DNA from: an uncultured Pelagibacteraceae bacterium
GTDB lineage: Bacteria; Pseudomonadota; Alphaproteobacteria; Pelagibacterales; Pelagibacteraceae
DNA: 64,000 nt
Direction of reading: 5' to 3'
Assembly (NCBI GenBank): GCA_902574705.1
Contig: CACGOM010000003.1
Location: forward strand, 12,405 to 76,404
Positions 41,545 through 50,604 of this stretch are shown here, in pieces. The stretch's first letter is position 1. Each line of letters opens with the position of its first letter. Under the pieces are notes generated by a model, which ran no database searches, was not told the origin of the DNA, and saw only the letters and a program-made list of their open reading frames with translations. A program made the translations under genes and the position numbers.

Positions 41545-42458
41545 TAATTGAAAAAAGCGCCTCTTATTCTTAAAAGTTCTCTACTAAGATTTTTATTTTC
41601 TTTAAATGGTTTTCTTCCATGAAGCCAAAAGTAATTATTTGCAATCACACATGACCCAACCGGTAATTTAGTTTCTATTTTATTTTTGCTTCCTTCAAGT
41701 GCATCTGACAAACGTTGTAAAAATAATCCTTGTTCCATATTTTTTGGTTCAGGAAACTGATCTATATAAGATATTTGCGCTAAACCATTTTTATCTTTAG
41801 TAAAAACTGGATGTTCAACTTTGTAGTCAATATTTTTACTTTTTGGAGACCCCCATATAAAATTTTGATTTCCAACAGGATCATTTGATAATTGCTCTAA
41901 GAATTCCCAATCATCTAAATGCAATAATACACTTTCGCCACCTTCAACATTTTTTTCCTCAAGCTTTGACATTAGCAACCAATCAGTTTTTTCTTTTACA
42001 TAAGTTCCATCTGTATGAAGATCCATATTTGTATATGGTTTTCTTAAATAACTATCTGAGGTATCAACGTGTTTTACATGAAATCTTGCATAATATTTTC
42101 CTGCCATTGAATCATGATTTGGATTTCCAAATAAGTGAGTAATTGCTGTTGAAAGCTTTACTAGGAAAGTTTGATCAACTATTGCTGAATTATTTTTTGG
42201 ACTTAAAATTATACATCCTGCTTCTCTATCTTTTAAAACCTCGGTTATAAATTTGCTGAGTTTTTTGGATGTAACTTCGTCTAAGACATTTGCAATAGTA
42301 AATCTTGAAAAAGGTTTGTACTCTAAAGTTAAGATATCAAATTTTTTAAAATTGAATGCGAGTTTTTCAATTATTGTATCGTCAAGTTCTATGTTTATTA
42401 TTCTTTTTGATTTTTGATGATACTGAATGTTTAATCCATCAATACTTATTAATTCCAT
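41544..42458 (-). CDS. csiD: Glutarate dioxygenase CsiD/GlaH
   Basis: YYARF, DSYLR, LHTDGT, LLHLDDW, NN.FWLHGR and RELLRIRG motifs. Confidence 0.85.
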   Translation of the reverse strand: MELISIDGLNIQYHQKSKRIINIELDDTIIEKLAFNFKKFDILTLEYKPFSRFTIANVLDEVTSKKLSKFITEVLKDREAGCIILSPKNNSAIVDQTFLVKLSTAITHLFGNPNHDSMAGKYYARFHVKHVDTSDSYLRKPYTNMDLHTDGTYVKEKTDWLLMSKLEEKNVEGGESVLLHLDDWEFLEQLSNDPVGNQNFIWGSPKSKNIDYKVEHPVFTKDKNGLAQISYIDQFPEPKNMEQGLFLQRLSDALEGSKNKIETKLPVGSCVIANNYFWLHGRKPFKENKNLSRELLRIRGAFFN

Positions 42459-42470
42459 AATTTAATTATT

Positions 42471-42722
42471 TTAATTCTCAAGCAATTTTGCTTTAGCTTT
42501 ATTAAATTCTTCCTCGCTTAATGCTCCTGATTTATAAAGTTCATTTAATTTTTCTAATTCAGAAATCATGCCAGTATTATTTTCAGGTAAATTTTTCAAT
42601 TCTTCCTCTTCAGTTAATCTTTCACTCTTAGCTTTCATGCCTCTCATAGTTGATCTTGCACCCAAATAAATTACAAAAACCATTGCTGAAATTGCTAATG
42701 TAAAAAATATTATCGCTTGCAT
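42471..42722 (-). CDS. SHOCT-domain membrane protein
   Basis: N-terminal TM helix; ELEKLNELYKSGALSEEEFNKAKAKLL. Confidence 0.85.
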   Translation of the reverse strand: MQAIIFFTLAISAMVFVIYLGARSTMRGMKAKSERLTEEEELKNLPENNTGMISELEKLNELYKSGALSEEEFNKAKAKLLEN

Positions 42723-42725
42723 TAA

Positions 42726-42929
42726 TTAATCCTCATCATCCTCTCTCCATCCTTTTTGATACAAAAGGTACGCTGCAATTGTAACAGAAATTACTCCTAC
42801 AACCATGCCAATATTTATCCCTATTTCTTTACCAAAAAAATACCAACCAAGTTGTGTTGAGCCAATTGGAGGAAAGCAAAGAATTGCCATTAAAATTGGA
42901 ATTCTATAATAGTAAGGTGGTCTTTTCAT
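42726..42929 (-). CDS. Small hypothetical membrane protein
   Basis: 67 aa with two hydrophobic segments; packed in an operon. Confidence 0.7.
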   Translation of the reverse strand: MKRPPYYYRIPILMAILCFPPIGSTQLGWYFFGKEIGINIGMVVGVISVTIAAYLLYQKGWREDDED

Positions 42930-42993
42930 ATTTGAACAAAGACCAGAATAGATTAATAATTTTATAATTTAAGATTATTATATGTCACAGTAT

Positions 42994-44010
42994 TTAGCAG
43001 TTTTTGAACGAAGCAGACATATTTTTAATCAAATCGAAATATAAATCTTTACCTGGATTTAAAGTTGCTCCTAAAGGGTCAACTACTCCAGTTTTTATAT
43101 CCATGTCTTTTGCAACTGCTTTAATGATATCTGGATTAAATTGTGGTTCTGAAAATACGCAAGCGACTTTATCATGTTCGATTATTTCTCTAATCTCGGC
43201 TAATTGTTCTGCGCCAGGCATTACATCAGTATTAACTGTAAAAGCACCTAAAATATTTACATTAAATCTTTCTTCAAAATATTGGTATGCGTCATGAAAA
43301 ACTATAGAAGCAACACTTTTGCTTAATTCAGATTTTGTATCTTTAATTAAATTATCAATATCCTTAAGAGCTTTTGCCAAGTTTTTTTTGTAAATTGCAG
43401 AATTTTTTTCATCATTTTCAATTAAATGCTCAGCCATCTCTTTTAAAATAACTTTCGCATTAACAGGATCTAACCAAATGTGTGGGTCAAATTCACCATG
43501 AGCGTGTCCATCATGATCATCATGTCCGTGGTCGTCATGATCATCTTCTTTTTTACCATGATCATCATGCCCGTGGTCGTCATGATCATCTTCTTTTTTA
43601 CCATGATCATCATGTCCGTGGTCGTCATGATCGTGGTCATCAAAAATATTTCTTTCTCTAAATTTTAATACCTTTAAACCTTTAATTTCTATTAATTCAA
43701 TTTTTTCAGCTTTCTTTGCAATAGAGCTCAATGGTTTTGCTAAAAAATTTTCTAAATCTTCACCTACCCAAAATATAATATCAGCTTCTTGAAGCATTTT
43801 AGCATGTGAAGGTTTCATGGCAAAACCGTGTGGGGAAGCGTATCCGTCTACTATTAGATCAGGTTTGCCAACACCATCCATCAAATAACTAGCTAAAGAG
43901 TGAATTGGTTTAATAGATGCAACAACTTTAACCTCTGCATTTGCAGATGTAATGAATGTCAAAAATGTTATTATTGTCAAAAAGAAAGGAATTTTTTTTA
44001 AAAAAGTCAT
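42994..44010 (-). CDS. znuA: Zinc ABC transporter substrate-binding protein
   Basis: VVASIKP, SPH, His/Asp-rich loop, DPHIWL and FHDAYQYFE motifs. Confidence 0.95.
   Translation of the reverse strand: MTFLKKIPFFLTIITFLTFITSANAEVKVVASIKPIHSLASYLMDGVGKPDLIVDGYASPHGFAMKPSHAKMLQEADIIFWVGEDLENFLAKPLSSIAKKAEKIELIEIKGLKVLKFRERNIFDDHDHDDHGHDDHGKKEDDHDDHGHDDHGKKEDDHDDHGHDDHDGHAHGEFDPHIWLDPVNAKVILKEMAEHLIENDEKNSAIYKKNLAKALKDIDNLIKDTKSELSKSVASIVFHDAYQYFEERFNVNILGAFTVNTDVMPGAEQLAEIREIIEHDKVACVFSEPQFNPDIIKAVAKDMDIKTGVVDPLGATLNPGKDLYFDLIKNMSASFKNC
43512..43632. repeat. 45-nt tandem repeat (~2.7 copies) encoding the ZnuA His-rich loop
   Basis: Unit catgatcatcatg(t/c)ccgtggtcgtcatgatcatcttcttttttac starts at 43512, 43557 and 43602 (partial). 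Confidence 0.9.
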
Positions 44011-44021
44011 AAATTAAATAT

Positions 44022-44054
44022 TGTTATATTATAACGTTATGTAATAATATAACA
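44022..44054. promoter_or_regulatory. Two tandem Zur boxes between divergent znuA and znuC
   Basis: TGTTATATTATAACG (44022-44036) and TGTAATAATATAACA (44040-44054) fit TGTTATA-N-TATAACA. Confidence 0.85.
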
Positions 44055-44074
44055 TTTAGAAGTCAAGTATTAAA

Positions 44075-44821
44075 ATGAGCTCAAATAATAATATATTAGT
44101 AAAATTAAAAAACGCTGGATATCAATTAAATAATAAATTTCTTGTAGAAGGAGTTTCCCTAGAAGTTAAAAAAGGGAAGATTGTAACTCTTATTGGTCCA
44201 AATGGATCTGGAAAAAGTACTACTGCTAAAATTGCATTAGGAATATATAAAAAAATAGTAGGTGAGGTTGAAAAATACACTGACAAAGTTGGATATGTAC
44301 CACAAAAAATTTCAATTGATTGGACGCTACCTATAAGAGTCAACGACTTTATGGTTTTAACAGACGACATAAGTAGTGAAGAAATTGACAAAGCTTTATC
44401 TCTGACTGGAGTATTGCATCTTAAAAATAAAAATTTAGGCAATCTATCTGGTGGGGAGTTTCAAAGAGTTTTACTCGCAAGAGCAATTTCAAAAAAACCA
44501 GAATTATTAGTACTTGATGAACCTGTCCAGGGAGTAGATTTTACGGGTGAGATAGCTTTGTATCAATTAATTAAAAAAATTTCAGAGGAATTAAATTGTG
44601 GAATTTTGCTTATTTCTCACGACTTACATACTGTAATGAGTGCAACAGATCATGTTGTTTGTTTAAATGGTCATGTATGTTGCTCTGGTTCACCTACTGA
44701 TGTTGCGCATAACCATGAGTATAAAGCTTTATTTGGTGAACAAGCATCTAAAACACTTACAATCTACGAACATAAGCATGATCATGTTCATACTAATGAA
44801 GGAGATATAAAGAAAAACTAA
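44075..44821 (+). CDS. znuC: Zinc ABC transporter ATP-binding protein
   Basis: GPNGSGKS, LSGGEFQR, CLNGHVCCSG and a His-rich tail. Confidence 0.94.
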   Translation: MSSNNNILVKLKNAGYQLNNKFLVEGVSLEVKKGKIVTLIGPNGSGKSTTAKIALGIYKKIVGEVEKYTDKVGYVPQKISIDWTLPIRVNDFMVLTDDISSEEIDKALSLTGVLHLKNKNLGNLSGGEFQRVLLARAISKKPELLVLDEPVQGVDFTGEIALYQLIKKISEELNCGILLISHDLHTVMSATDHVVCLNGHVCCSGSPTDVAHNHEYKALFGEQASKTLTIYEHKHDHVHTNEGDIKKN

Positions 44822-45625
44822 ATGTTTGATGATTTTTTTATAAGAGCCTTGTTTGCTGGAATTGGGGTAGCATTTGTAACTGGTCCACTTGGATGTTTTG
44901 TTGTTTGGAGAAGATTGTCTTATTTTGGTGATACACTTGCTCACTCTGCTCTTCTTGGTGTGACGATGGCATACTCTTTTCAATTCAATATTGCTTTTTC
45001 AGTATTTATTATTTCAGCTTTAATAGCTTTAATTTTGATTCAACTCCAAAAGAAAACTAATTTACCTGGCGATGCTCTGTTAGGTCTTTTGGCACACTCA
45101 TCGTTAGCAGTTGGACTTGTTGTTATTGGTTTCTTATCATTCATAAGATTTGATATTATGGGTTTATTATTTGGCGATATTCTTGCTGTAACTGTTGATG
45201 ATTTGTTAATTATTTGGATAGGCGGAGCAATCATTTTAGTAGTACTAAAATTAATTTGGAAATCTTTATTTGCCTCTACAGTAAATTATGAATTAGCAGA
45301 GGCAGAGGGATTAAACCCAGATAGAGCAAAAGCAATATTTACAATTTTAATGGCTGCAGTTATCGCTATATCAATAAAAATGGTTGGATTACTTTTAATA
45401 ACAGGAATGCTAATAATACCTGCCGCTATGGCGAGAAATGTATCCACAAGTCCTCTTCAGATGGTATTTTATTCAATAATAGGAGGATTATTATCTGTGA
45501 TTTTAGGTCTATATTCGTCATTAGAATTCAATACATCCTCGGGACCATCAATTATAGCAGCATCTTTGTTTTTATTCATATTGTCTTTATTAAAAATAAA
45601 ACAAACAGCTGGATTGAAAAATTAA
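44822..45625 (+). CDS. znuB: Zinc ABC transporter permease
   Basis: GPLGCFVVWRR.SYFGDTLAH and LFGDILAV motifs. Confidence 0.94.
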   Translation: MFDDFFIRALFAGIGVAFVTGPLGCFVVWRRLSYFGDTLAHSALLGVTMAYSFQFNIAFSVFIISALIALILIQLQKKTNLPGDALLGLLAHSSLAVGLVVIGFLSFIRFDIMGLLFGDILAVTVDDLLIIWIGGAIILVVLKLIWKSLFASTVNYELAEAEGLNPDRAKAIFTILMAAVIAISIKMVGLLLITGMLIIPAAMARNVSTSPLQMVFYSIIGGLLSVILGLYSSLEFNTSSGPSIIAASLFLFILSLLKIKQTAGLKN

Positions 45626-45646
45626 AATGAAATTGGTAAAAATATA

Positions 45647-46048
45647 ATGGTGGAAAAACAATTAAATTTATCAAAAAATCAGAGAATTATTTTTGATCTT
45701 ATTGATAAATCTCCTGAGCCTATGAAGGCTTACTCAATACTTTTTAATGTCCAAAAAAAAGGGATTAAGGCACCCTTGCAGGTATATAGAGCGCTGGATA
45801 AATTGGTAGAAATTGGAAAAATACATAAAATTGAAAGTCGTAATGCTTTCATTGCTTGTCAAAATTCAAGCTGTCAAATATCTAAAACAACGGCATTTTC
45901 AATTTGCGAAAGCTGTGAAAAAGTAACTGAAATAAAAGATAATAAACTTGCAAAATACTTAACCAATTTTAGTGACAATACAGGAATGAATTATAAAAAA
46001 TATAATTTAGAATTTTTTGGTTTGTGTAAAAAGTGTAAAAGAAAATAG
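45647..46048 (+). CDS. zur: Zinc uptake regulator (Fur family)
   Basis: P.QVYRALD, HKIESRNAF and two CxxC motifs; znu context. Confidence 0.9.
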   Translation: MVEKQLNLSKNQRIIFDLIDKSPEPMKAYSILFNVQKKGIKAPLQVYRALDKLVEIGKIHKIESRNAFIACQNSSCQISKTTAFSICESCEKVTEIKDNKLAKYLTNFSDNTGMNYKKYNLEFFGLCKKCKRK

Positions 46049-46097
46049 ATACTAAACAATTTTTAATTTTAGATTTCCAATAATATAATTTATCACT

Positions 46098-46156
46098 AGG
46101 TTGTATTCAATTTATATATTTTAATTTTTCGTAAATAAATTTGTTGAATACAACCT
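46098..46156. repeat. Perfect 13-bp inverted repeat with a 33-nt spacer (possible back-to-back promoters)
   Basis: AGGTTGTATTCAA (46098-46110) / TTGAATACAACCT (46144-46156). Confidence 0.75.
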
Positions 46157-46174
46157 TTTAAATAATTAATTTTG

Positions 46175-46338
46175 AGTCAGGGAGGATGAGTCTATGTTAA
46201 AGTTGCCTGACACTTAGCTGGTGAGATTCTGTATAAAAAACATTATGTAAATAAATCCCTTTCGCGGATTTAGCCAAAGCGGCAACATTAAGGGGAGCTC
46301 TTTGGGACAACCAAAGAGTGTACCCCCTTAATTTTTTT
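46175..46338 (+). ncRNA. Candidate structured non-coding RNA (family unassigned; strand inferred)
   Basis: GC-enriched intergenic stretch with no substantial ORF, several hairpins, a promoter-like element upstream and a terminal hairpin plus T-run. Confidence 0.6.
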
Positions 46339-47503
46339 CAGTTTTTCTTAAGTCTGCATTTAATATTGAGGCAATAATTAAAATTAAAAAAGGAATACAG
46401 AATAGGTTTACTGATTTCCAACTAGTCAAAGAAATTAATATTCCTGCGAATAAACTTGAGATCGCTGTAAAAGAAAATACAACCAAGTCGTTAAACCCTT
46501 GAGCTTTAAATTTTTCATCAGGTGTATACGTAGTTACTAAAAGACTTGTTGCTGTTACAAAAAGAAAGTTCCACCCTATTCCTAAAAAAATTAATCCTAA
46601 TAAATAACTAATAAAAGACGGATCTAGAAAACTTGTAATTATTGTAAAAACATAAAACAACACCCCTAAATACATCATTTTACTGAACCCATATTTTTTA
46701 ATTAATGTTCCTGTTATTAAGGACGGAAGAAACATTGCTAAAACATGAAATTGCATAACTATACCTAATTTATCCAAACTTAATTTATGTATAATATGCA
46801 TGCTAATAGGAGTGGCTGTCATTAGAAAAGCCATAACAACATAAGCGAAAGATGCTGCAGTTAACGCCTGTAAAAATCTTGGATCAGAAATAAATTGAAT
46901 ATAAGTTCTTGTGCTAATTTGTTTATCTTGTTTTGAAATGGTTTCACTCTTTTCTTTAAAAAATGCTAAAAATATAGCTGGCATTAAAGTCAAAAAAGCA
47001 AGAGTAAGATATGATCCCGCATATAGATAATTAGGAATAAAGTTTTTAGTATAGTTTGCTAAACTTATGCCAATAAATGCTGATACAATTCCAGCTAATA
47101 ATAAAATTGAAATTGCTCTGGGAGCTTGTTCTTTCTCAACACTTTCTGCAGCTGCAAATCTATATTGATGAATAAAAGCCATGCCTGCACCAAGAATAAA
47201 ACAAGCAAAACAAAAAATAAAAAAATTACCTAAAATTATTGAATATGCTGCCATAAGACTTGCAACTGTGCTAGCTATTGATGCTAAAACAAAACCAAGC
47301 CTTCGTCCGATTATACTCATAACCTTAGCCGCGAATATCGTAGATATAGCAATACCTACTATGTAAATAGATGGTGGAAGTGTTGATAAAGATTTAATTG
47401 AACTTAGTTGAGCACCTATTATTCCACTTAAAAAAACAGTTACATTCGCTGCTGTAAAACCAAATACATTACTAGCGGTGAGCAAAAATAGGTTTTTATT
47501 CAT
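46328..47503 (-). CDS. MFS transporter
   Basis: 12-TM pattern; IGRRLGF, YRFAAAE and GIGWNFLF motifs. Confidence 0.88.
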   Translation of the reverse strand: MNKNLFLLTASNVFGFTAANVTVFLSGIIGAQLSSIKSLSTLPPSIYIVGIAISTIFAAKVMSIIGRRLGFVLASIASTVASLMAAYSIILGNFFIFCFACFILGAGMAFIHQYRFAAAESVEKEQAPRAISILLLAGIVSAFIGISLANYTKNFIPNYLYAGSYLTLAFLTLMPAIFLAFFKEKSETISKQDKQISTRTYIQFISDPRFLQALTAASFAYVVMAFLMTATPISMHIIHKLSLDKLGIVMQFHVLAMFLPSLITGTLIKKYGFSKMMYLGVLFYVFTIITSFLDPSFISYLLGLIFLGIGWNFLFVTATSLLVTTYTPDEKFKAQGFNDLVVFSFTAISSLFAGILISLTSWKSVNLFCIPFLILIIASILNADLRKTEKN

Positions 47504-47596
47504 TTTGCTAACTTACACACTTGGTAATTAATAGCTAATATAAATAAGTACTATTAATAGCCACCGAATTGAGATGATGGCAAAAATTTTTAATAT

Positions 47597-48874
47597 TTAG
47601 AACTGTTCAGACTCTGTGGATCCATCCATTGCGGTAGTAGAACTTTTTCCTGAACTTATTGTGTTGGATACCGCATCAAAATAAGATGTTCCAACTTCTC
47701 TTTGATGTTTAACGCTTGTGTATCCATCTTTTTCTCTTGCGAATTCATGTTGCTGAATTTTAGAATAGGCAGCCATTCCTTCTTCTTTATATTTCTCTGC
47801 TAAATCAAAAATAGCAATATTCTGTGTATGAAAACCTGCTAGAGTTATAAATTGAAATTTATAACCCATTTCAGCAATTTTTTTTTGGAATGATCCAATT
47901 TCATCATCTGATAAATGTTTTTTCCAATTAAATGATGGAGAACAATTATAGGCAAGTAATTTACCTGGAAATTTTGCATGAATTGCATCAGCAAATTTTT
48001 TTGCTTCTTCTAAATTGGGAGTAGCAGTTTCACACCAAATTAAATCAGCGTATGGAGCATATGCTAATCCTCTTGAGATAGCCTGGTCAATACCATCCTT
48101 CACATAAAAGAAACCTTCCGGAGAACGTTCGCCAGTTAAAAAAGGTTTATCGTTTTCGTCAAAATCATTTGTGATAAGTTTTGCAGCATTAGCATCAGTT
48201 CTTGCTAAAATTATAAGGGGAACATCAGCGATATCTGATGCTAATCTTGCTGCTTTTAAATTCCTAACCATTGTACCCGTTGGAACTAAAACTTTACCAC
48301 CCATATGACCACATTTTTTTTCGCTAGCTAATTGATCTTCAAAGTGAACACCAGCAGCACCTGCTCTAATAAATTTTTTTGTTAATTCAAATACATTTAA
48401 AGGTCCACCAAATCCAGCTTCACCATCTGCAATAATTGGTAATAAATAATCAGTTCTATCTTTTTCTTTCATGTCTCCATCTGTGATTTCCATATGTTGT
48501 ATTTGATCTGCTCTTAACAATGCATTGTTCATTGCCTCGACTAATTTTGGAGCACTGTCATATGGATACAAAGATTGATCTGGATACATTTCGCCCGCAC
48601 TATTTGCATCCGCTGCGACCTGCCATCCACTTAAATAAATTGCCTTAAGGCCTGCTTTAGCATGTTGCACAGCTTGGTTTCCAGATAAAGAACCAAGGGT
48701 ATTTACATAGGATTCTGTATTTAATAATTTCCAAAGTTTTTCGGATTGTTGTTTGCACATTGAATGTTCAATTTTGATTGATCCTCTCAATCTTTCAACT
48801 TCCTCAGGAGTATAATCTCTTTTAATTCCTGCAAATCTTTTTAATTTATAAGATACGTTACCCTCTGATGACAT
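47597..48874 (-). CDS. aceA: Isocitrate lyase
   Basis: [18 protein letters not shown] catalytic motif, YNCSPSFNW. Confidence 0.98.
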   Translation of the reverse strand: MSSEGNVSYKLKRFAGIKRDYTPEEVERLRGSIKIEHSMCKQQSEKLWKLLNTESYVNTLGSLSGNQAVQHAKAGLKAIYLSGWQVAADANSAGEMYPDQSLYPYDSAPKLVEAMNNALLRADQIQHMEITDGDMKEKDRTDYLLPIIADGEAGFGGPLNVFELTKKFIRAGAAGVHFEDQLASEKKCGHMGGKVLVPTGTMVRNLKAARLASDIADVPLIILARTDANAAKLITNDFDENDKPFLTGERSPEGFFYVKDGIDQAISRGLAYAPYADLIWCETATPNLEEAKKFADAIHAKFPGKLLAYNCSPSFNWKKHLSDDEIGSFQKKIAEMGYKFQFITLAGFHTQNIAIFDLAEKYKEEGMAAYSKIQQHEFAREKDGYTSVKHQREVGTSYFDAVSNTISSGKSSTTAMDGSTESEQF

Positions 48875-48901
48875 TTAGTCCCCTATTATGATTATGATGA
48901 T

Positions 48902-49063
48902 TTAAGAGCTGTGATTTTGATCATTGTTATCTGAGCTCAGTTCGTTCATTCCGCTTGAGCCCCAGTCACAATGGTCGTCTCTAAGGTAAATACCTCTTGA
49001 TTTATGTTCCTTAATATCCTGCTCTGTAATCTGATTTTGTGTATTTTTATTAAATTCGTTCAT
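48902..49063 (-). CDS. 53-aa hypothetical protein/leader upstream of aceA
   Basis: ATG at 49063, MNEFNKNTQ...HCDWGSSG...; lies between the promoter region and aceA. Confidence 0.5.
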   Translation of the reverse strand: MNEFNKNTQNQITEQDIKEHKSRGIYLRDDHCDWGSSGMNELSSDNNDQNHSS

Positions 49064-49076
49064 GTAAATTATATAA

Positions 49077-49166
49077 TTTACAATATTTACAAAATAAAGG
49101 ATTATGTTACATTTTGCTTGTAAATTAAGGAAATTTTTTGTAAATATTAATTTACAAAATTTACAA
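49077..49166. promoter_or_regulatory. Cluster of TTTACAA/TTGTAAA repeats, putative operator of the adjacent RamB-type regulator
   Basis: Six copies (49077, 49086, 49118, 49138, 49151, 49160), including the palindrome TTGTAAAT-ATTA-ATTTACAA. Confidence 0.65.
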
Positions 49167-49177
49167 ATAGAAAATTT

Positions 49178-50602
49178 ATGATTAATGAAACACTTAAAAT
49201 TGGACCAAAAATCAAGGCTTTTAGGAGGCAGGTAGGTCTTCAAGCAAACAAGTTCGCTGAAGATCTAGGAATATCACCTAGTTATTTAAATTTAATTGAA
49301 AGCGGCAAGAGAAAAATTGATGGAGATTTGCTTCTTAAGGTTTGTGATAAATTAAAGATACAATTATCTGACCTTACTGCTAAATCAGACTTAAATTTAT
49401 ATAATAATATATCTGAAATATTAGACGACTCTCTTTTCGAAGATTTAGATATTCTTGCACCAGAAGTAAAAGACCTTGTGTCAACAAATCCAAAAATTGG
49501 TAAAGCCATACTAAGACTTGGCGATATATTAAAAAAGAAAGATCACGAGCTTGTAAATAAAATTGAAAAACTTTCTGGTAAAATCGTAGATAATAGGAAA
49601 AATTCATTTCCAGGAGAAGTAATAGCTGATTTCGTTCAGGAAAATCAAAACTATTTTCCTAAACTAGAAGAATTTGCTGAAAAAATTTTTAATGAAATTC
49701 AAAAAAATAATAGAACAAGATATATTGCACTATGTGAATATCTTTACTCTAAATACTCTATTACAGTCAAAGATGTAATCCCAGATGATAGCAAACCTTT
49801 TTCAAAAATATATCATAAAAATAAGAAAGAACTTTTATTAAGTGACTATAATTCTTTAGAAACAAAAAAACTTTACGCAGCTGCGCAAGTCGCACAAGAA
49901 GGCGCATCAGAAGAAATAAATGAATATTTGGAAACATTTAAATTTCCATCTACAGAATCAAAAAATTTAGCAAAGGTTGCGCTATTAAACTACTGCGGAG
50001 CTGCAATTCTAATGCCATATAAATTATTTCATGCTGAATGTAAAAAATTAAAATATGATTTAGAACTTTTACAAAATACTTTTGCAACCTCTTTTGAACA
50101 GGTCGCACACAGAGTTACATGTTTACAAGATCCAAAACTCCCGGGAATTCCATTTCATATGTTGCGTGTTGATATGGCAGGAAATATTTCAAAACGATTT
50201 TCAATTTCTGGGATTGAAATACCTAGATACGGTGGTGCGTGCCCAAGATGGAATGTTTACTCTGCTTTTTCTAGACCAAATATAATTCAAGTAGCTGTTA
50301 GTAGAATGACTAATGGAGAAAAATACGTTTGTATTGCACGTACAGTTGAAAAAGGTGTAGGAAAATTTGGAAAACCTAAAGGGATGCTTTCTATTGGTTT
50401 AGGTTGTGAAGCAAAATACGCTAAAGATTTCGTTTATACAGAAAATATAGATGTGAACGATAAAAAAACTGAAACGCCTATAGGTGTTTCATGTAGAACT
50501 TGTGATAGATTAGATTGTGCTCAAAGAGCATTTCCACCTCTTCATAAAAAATTTGATGTAGATATCAATAATAGAGGTGTATCTGTTTACGTAAATGAAT
50601 AA
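49178..50602 (+). CDS. ramB: XRE/ScfR-family short-chain acyl-CoA regulator (RamB-like)
   Basis: HTH ISPSYLNLIE, SFEQVAHR, GGACPRWNV and C-terminal CRTCDRLDCAQRA; divergent from aceA. Confidence 0.82.
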   Translation: MINETLKIGPKIKAFRRQVGLQANKFAEDLGISPSYLNLIESGKRKIDGDLLLKVCDKLKIQLSDLTAKSDLNLYNNISEILDDSLFEDLDILAPEVKDLVSTNPKIGKAILRLGDILKKKDHELVNKIEKLSGKIVDNRKNSFPGEVIADFVQENQNYFPKLEEFAEKIFNEIQKNNRTRYIALCEYLYSKYSITVKDVIPDDSKPFSKIYHKNKKELLLSDYNSLETKKLYAAAQVAQEGASEEINEYLETFKFPSTESKNLAKVALLNYCGAAILMPYKLFHAECKKLKYDLELLQNTFATSFEQVAHRVTCLQDPKLPGIPFHMLRVDMAGNISKRFSISGIEIPRYGGACPRWNVYSAFSRPNIIQVAVSRMTNGEKYVCIARTVEKGVGKFGKPKGMLSIGLGCEAKYAKDFVYTENIDVNDKKTETPIGVSCRTCDRLDCAQRAFPPLHKKFDVDINNRGVSVYVNE

Positions 50603-50604
50603 TT

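Noticed and set aside
43512-43632. Tandem repeat as a CRISPR array
   Set aside because: It has no unique spacers, lies in-frame inside znuA, and no cas genes are present
46180-46217. GGGAGG followed by mini-ORFs (MSLC*, MLKLPDT*) in the ncRNA candidate
   Set aside because: Too short to support as coding and embedded in a predicted helix; the RNA interpretation is preferred
47559-47590. Weak GCCA/TGGC hairpin after aceA as a terminator
   Set aside because: The stem is too short and imperfect to call
49064-49243. 113-aa version of the ORF upstream of aceA
   Set aside because: The extension reads through the operator repeats and overlaps the regulator gene
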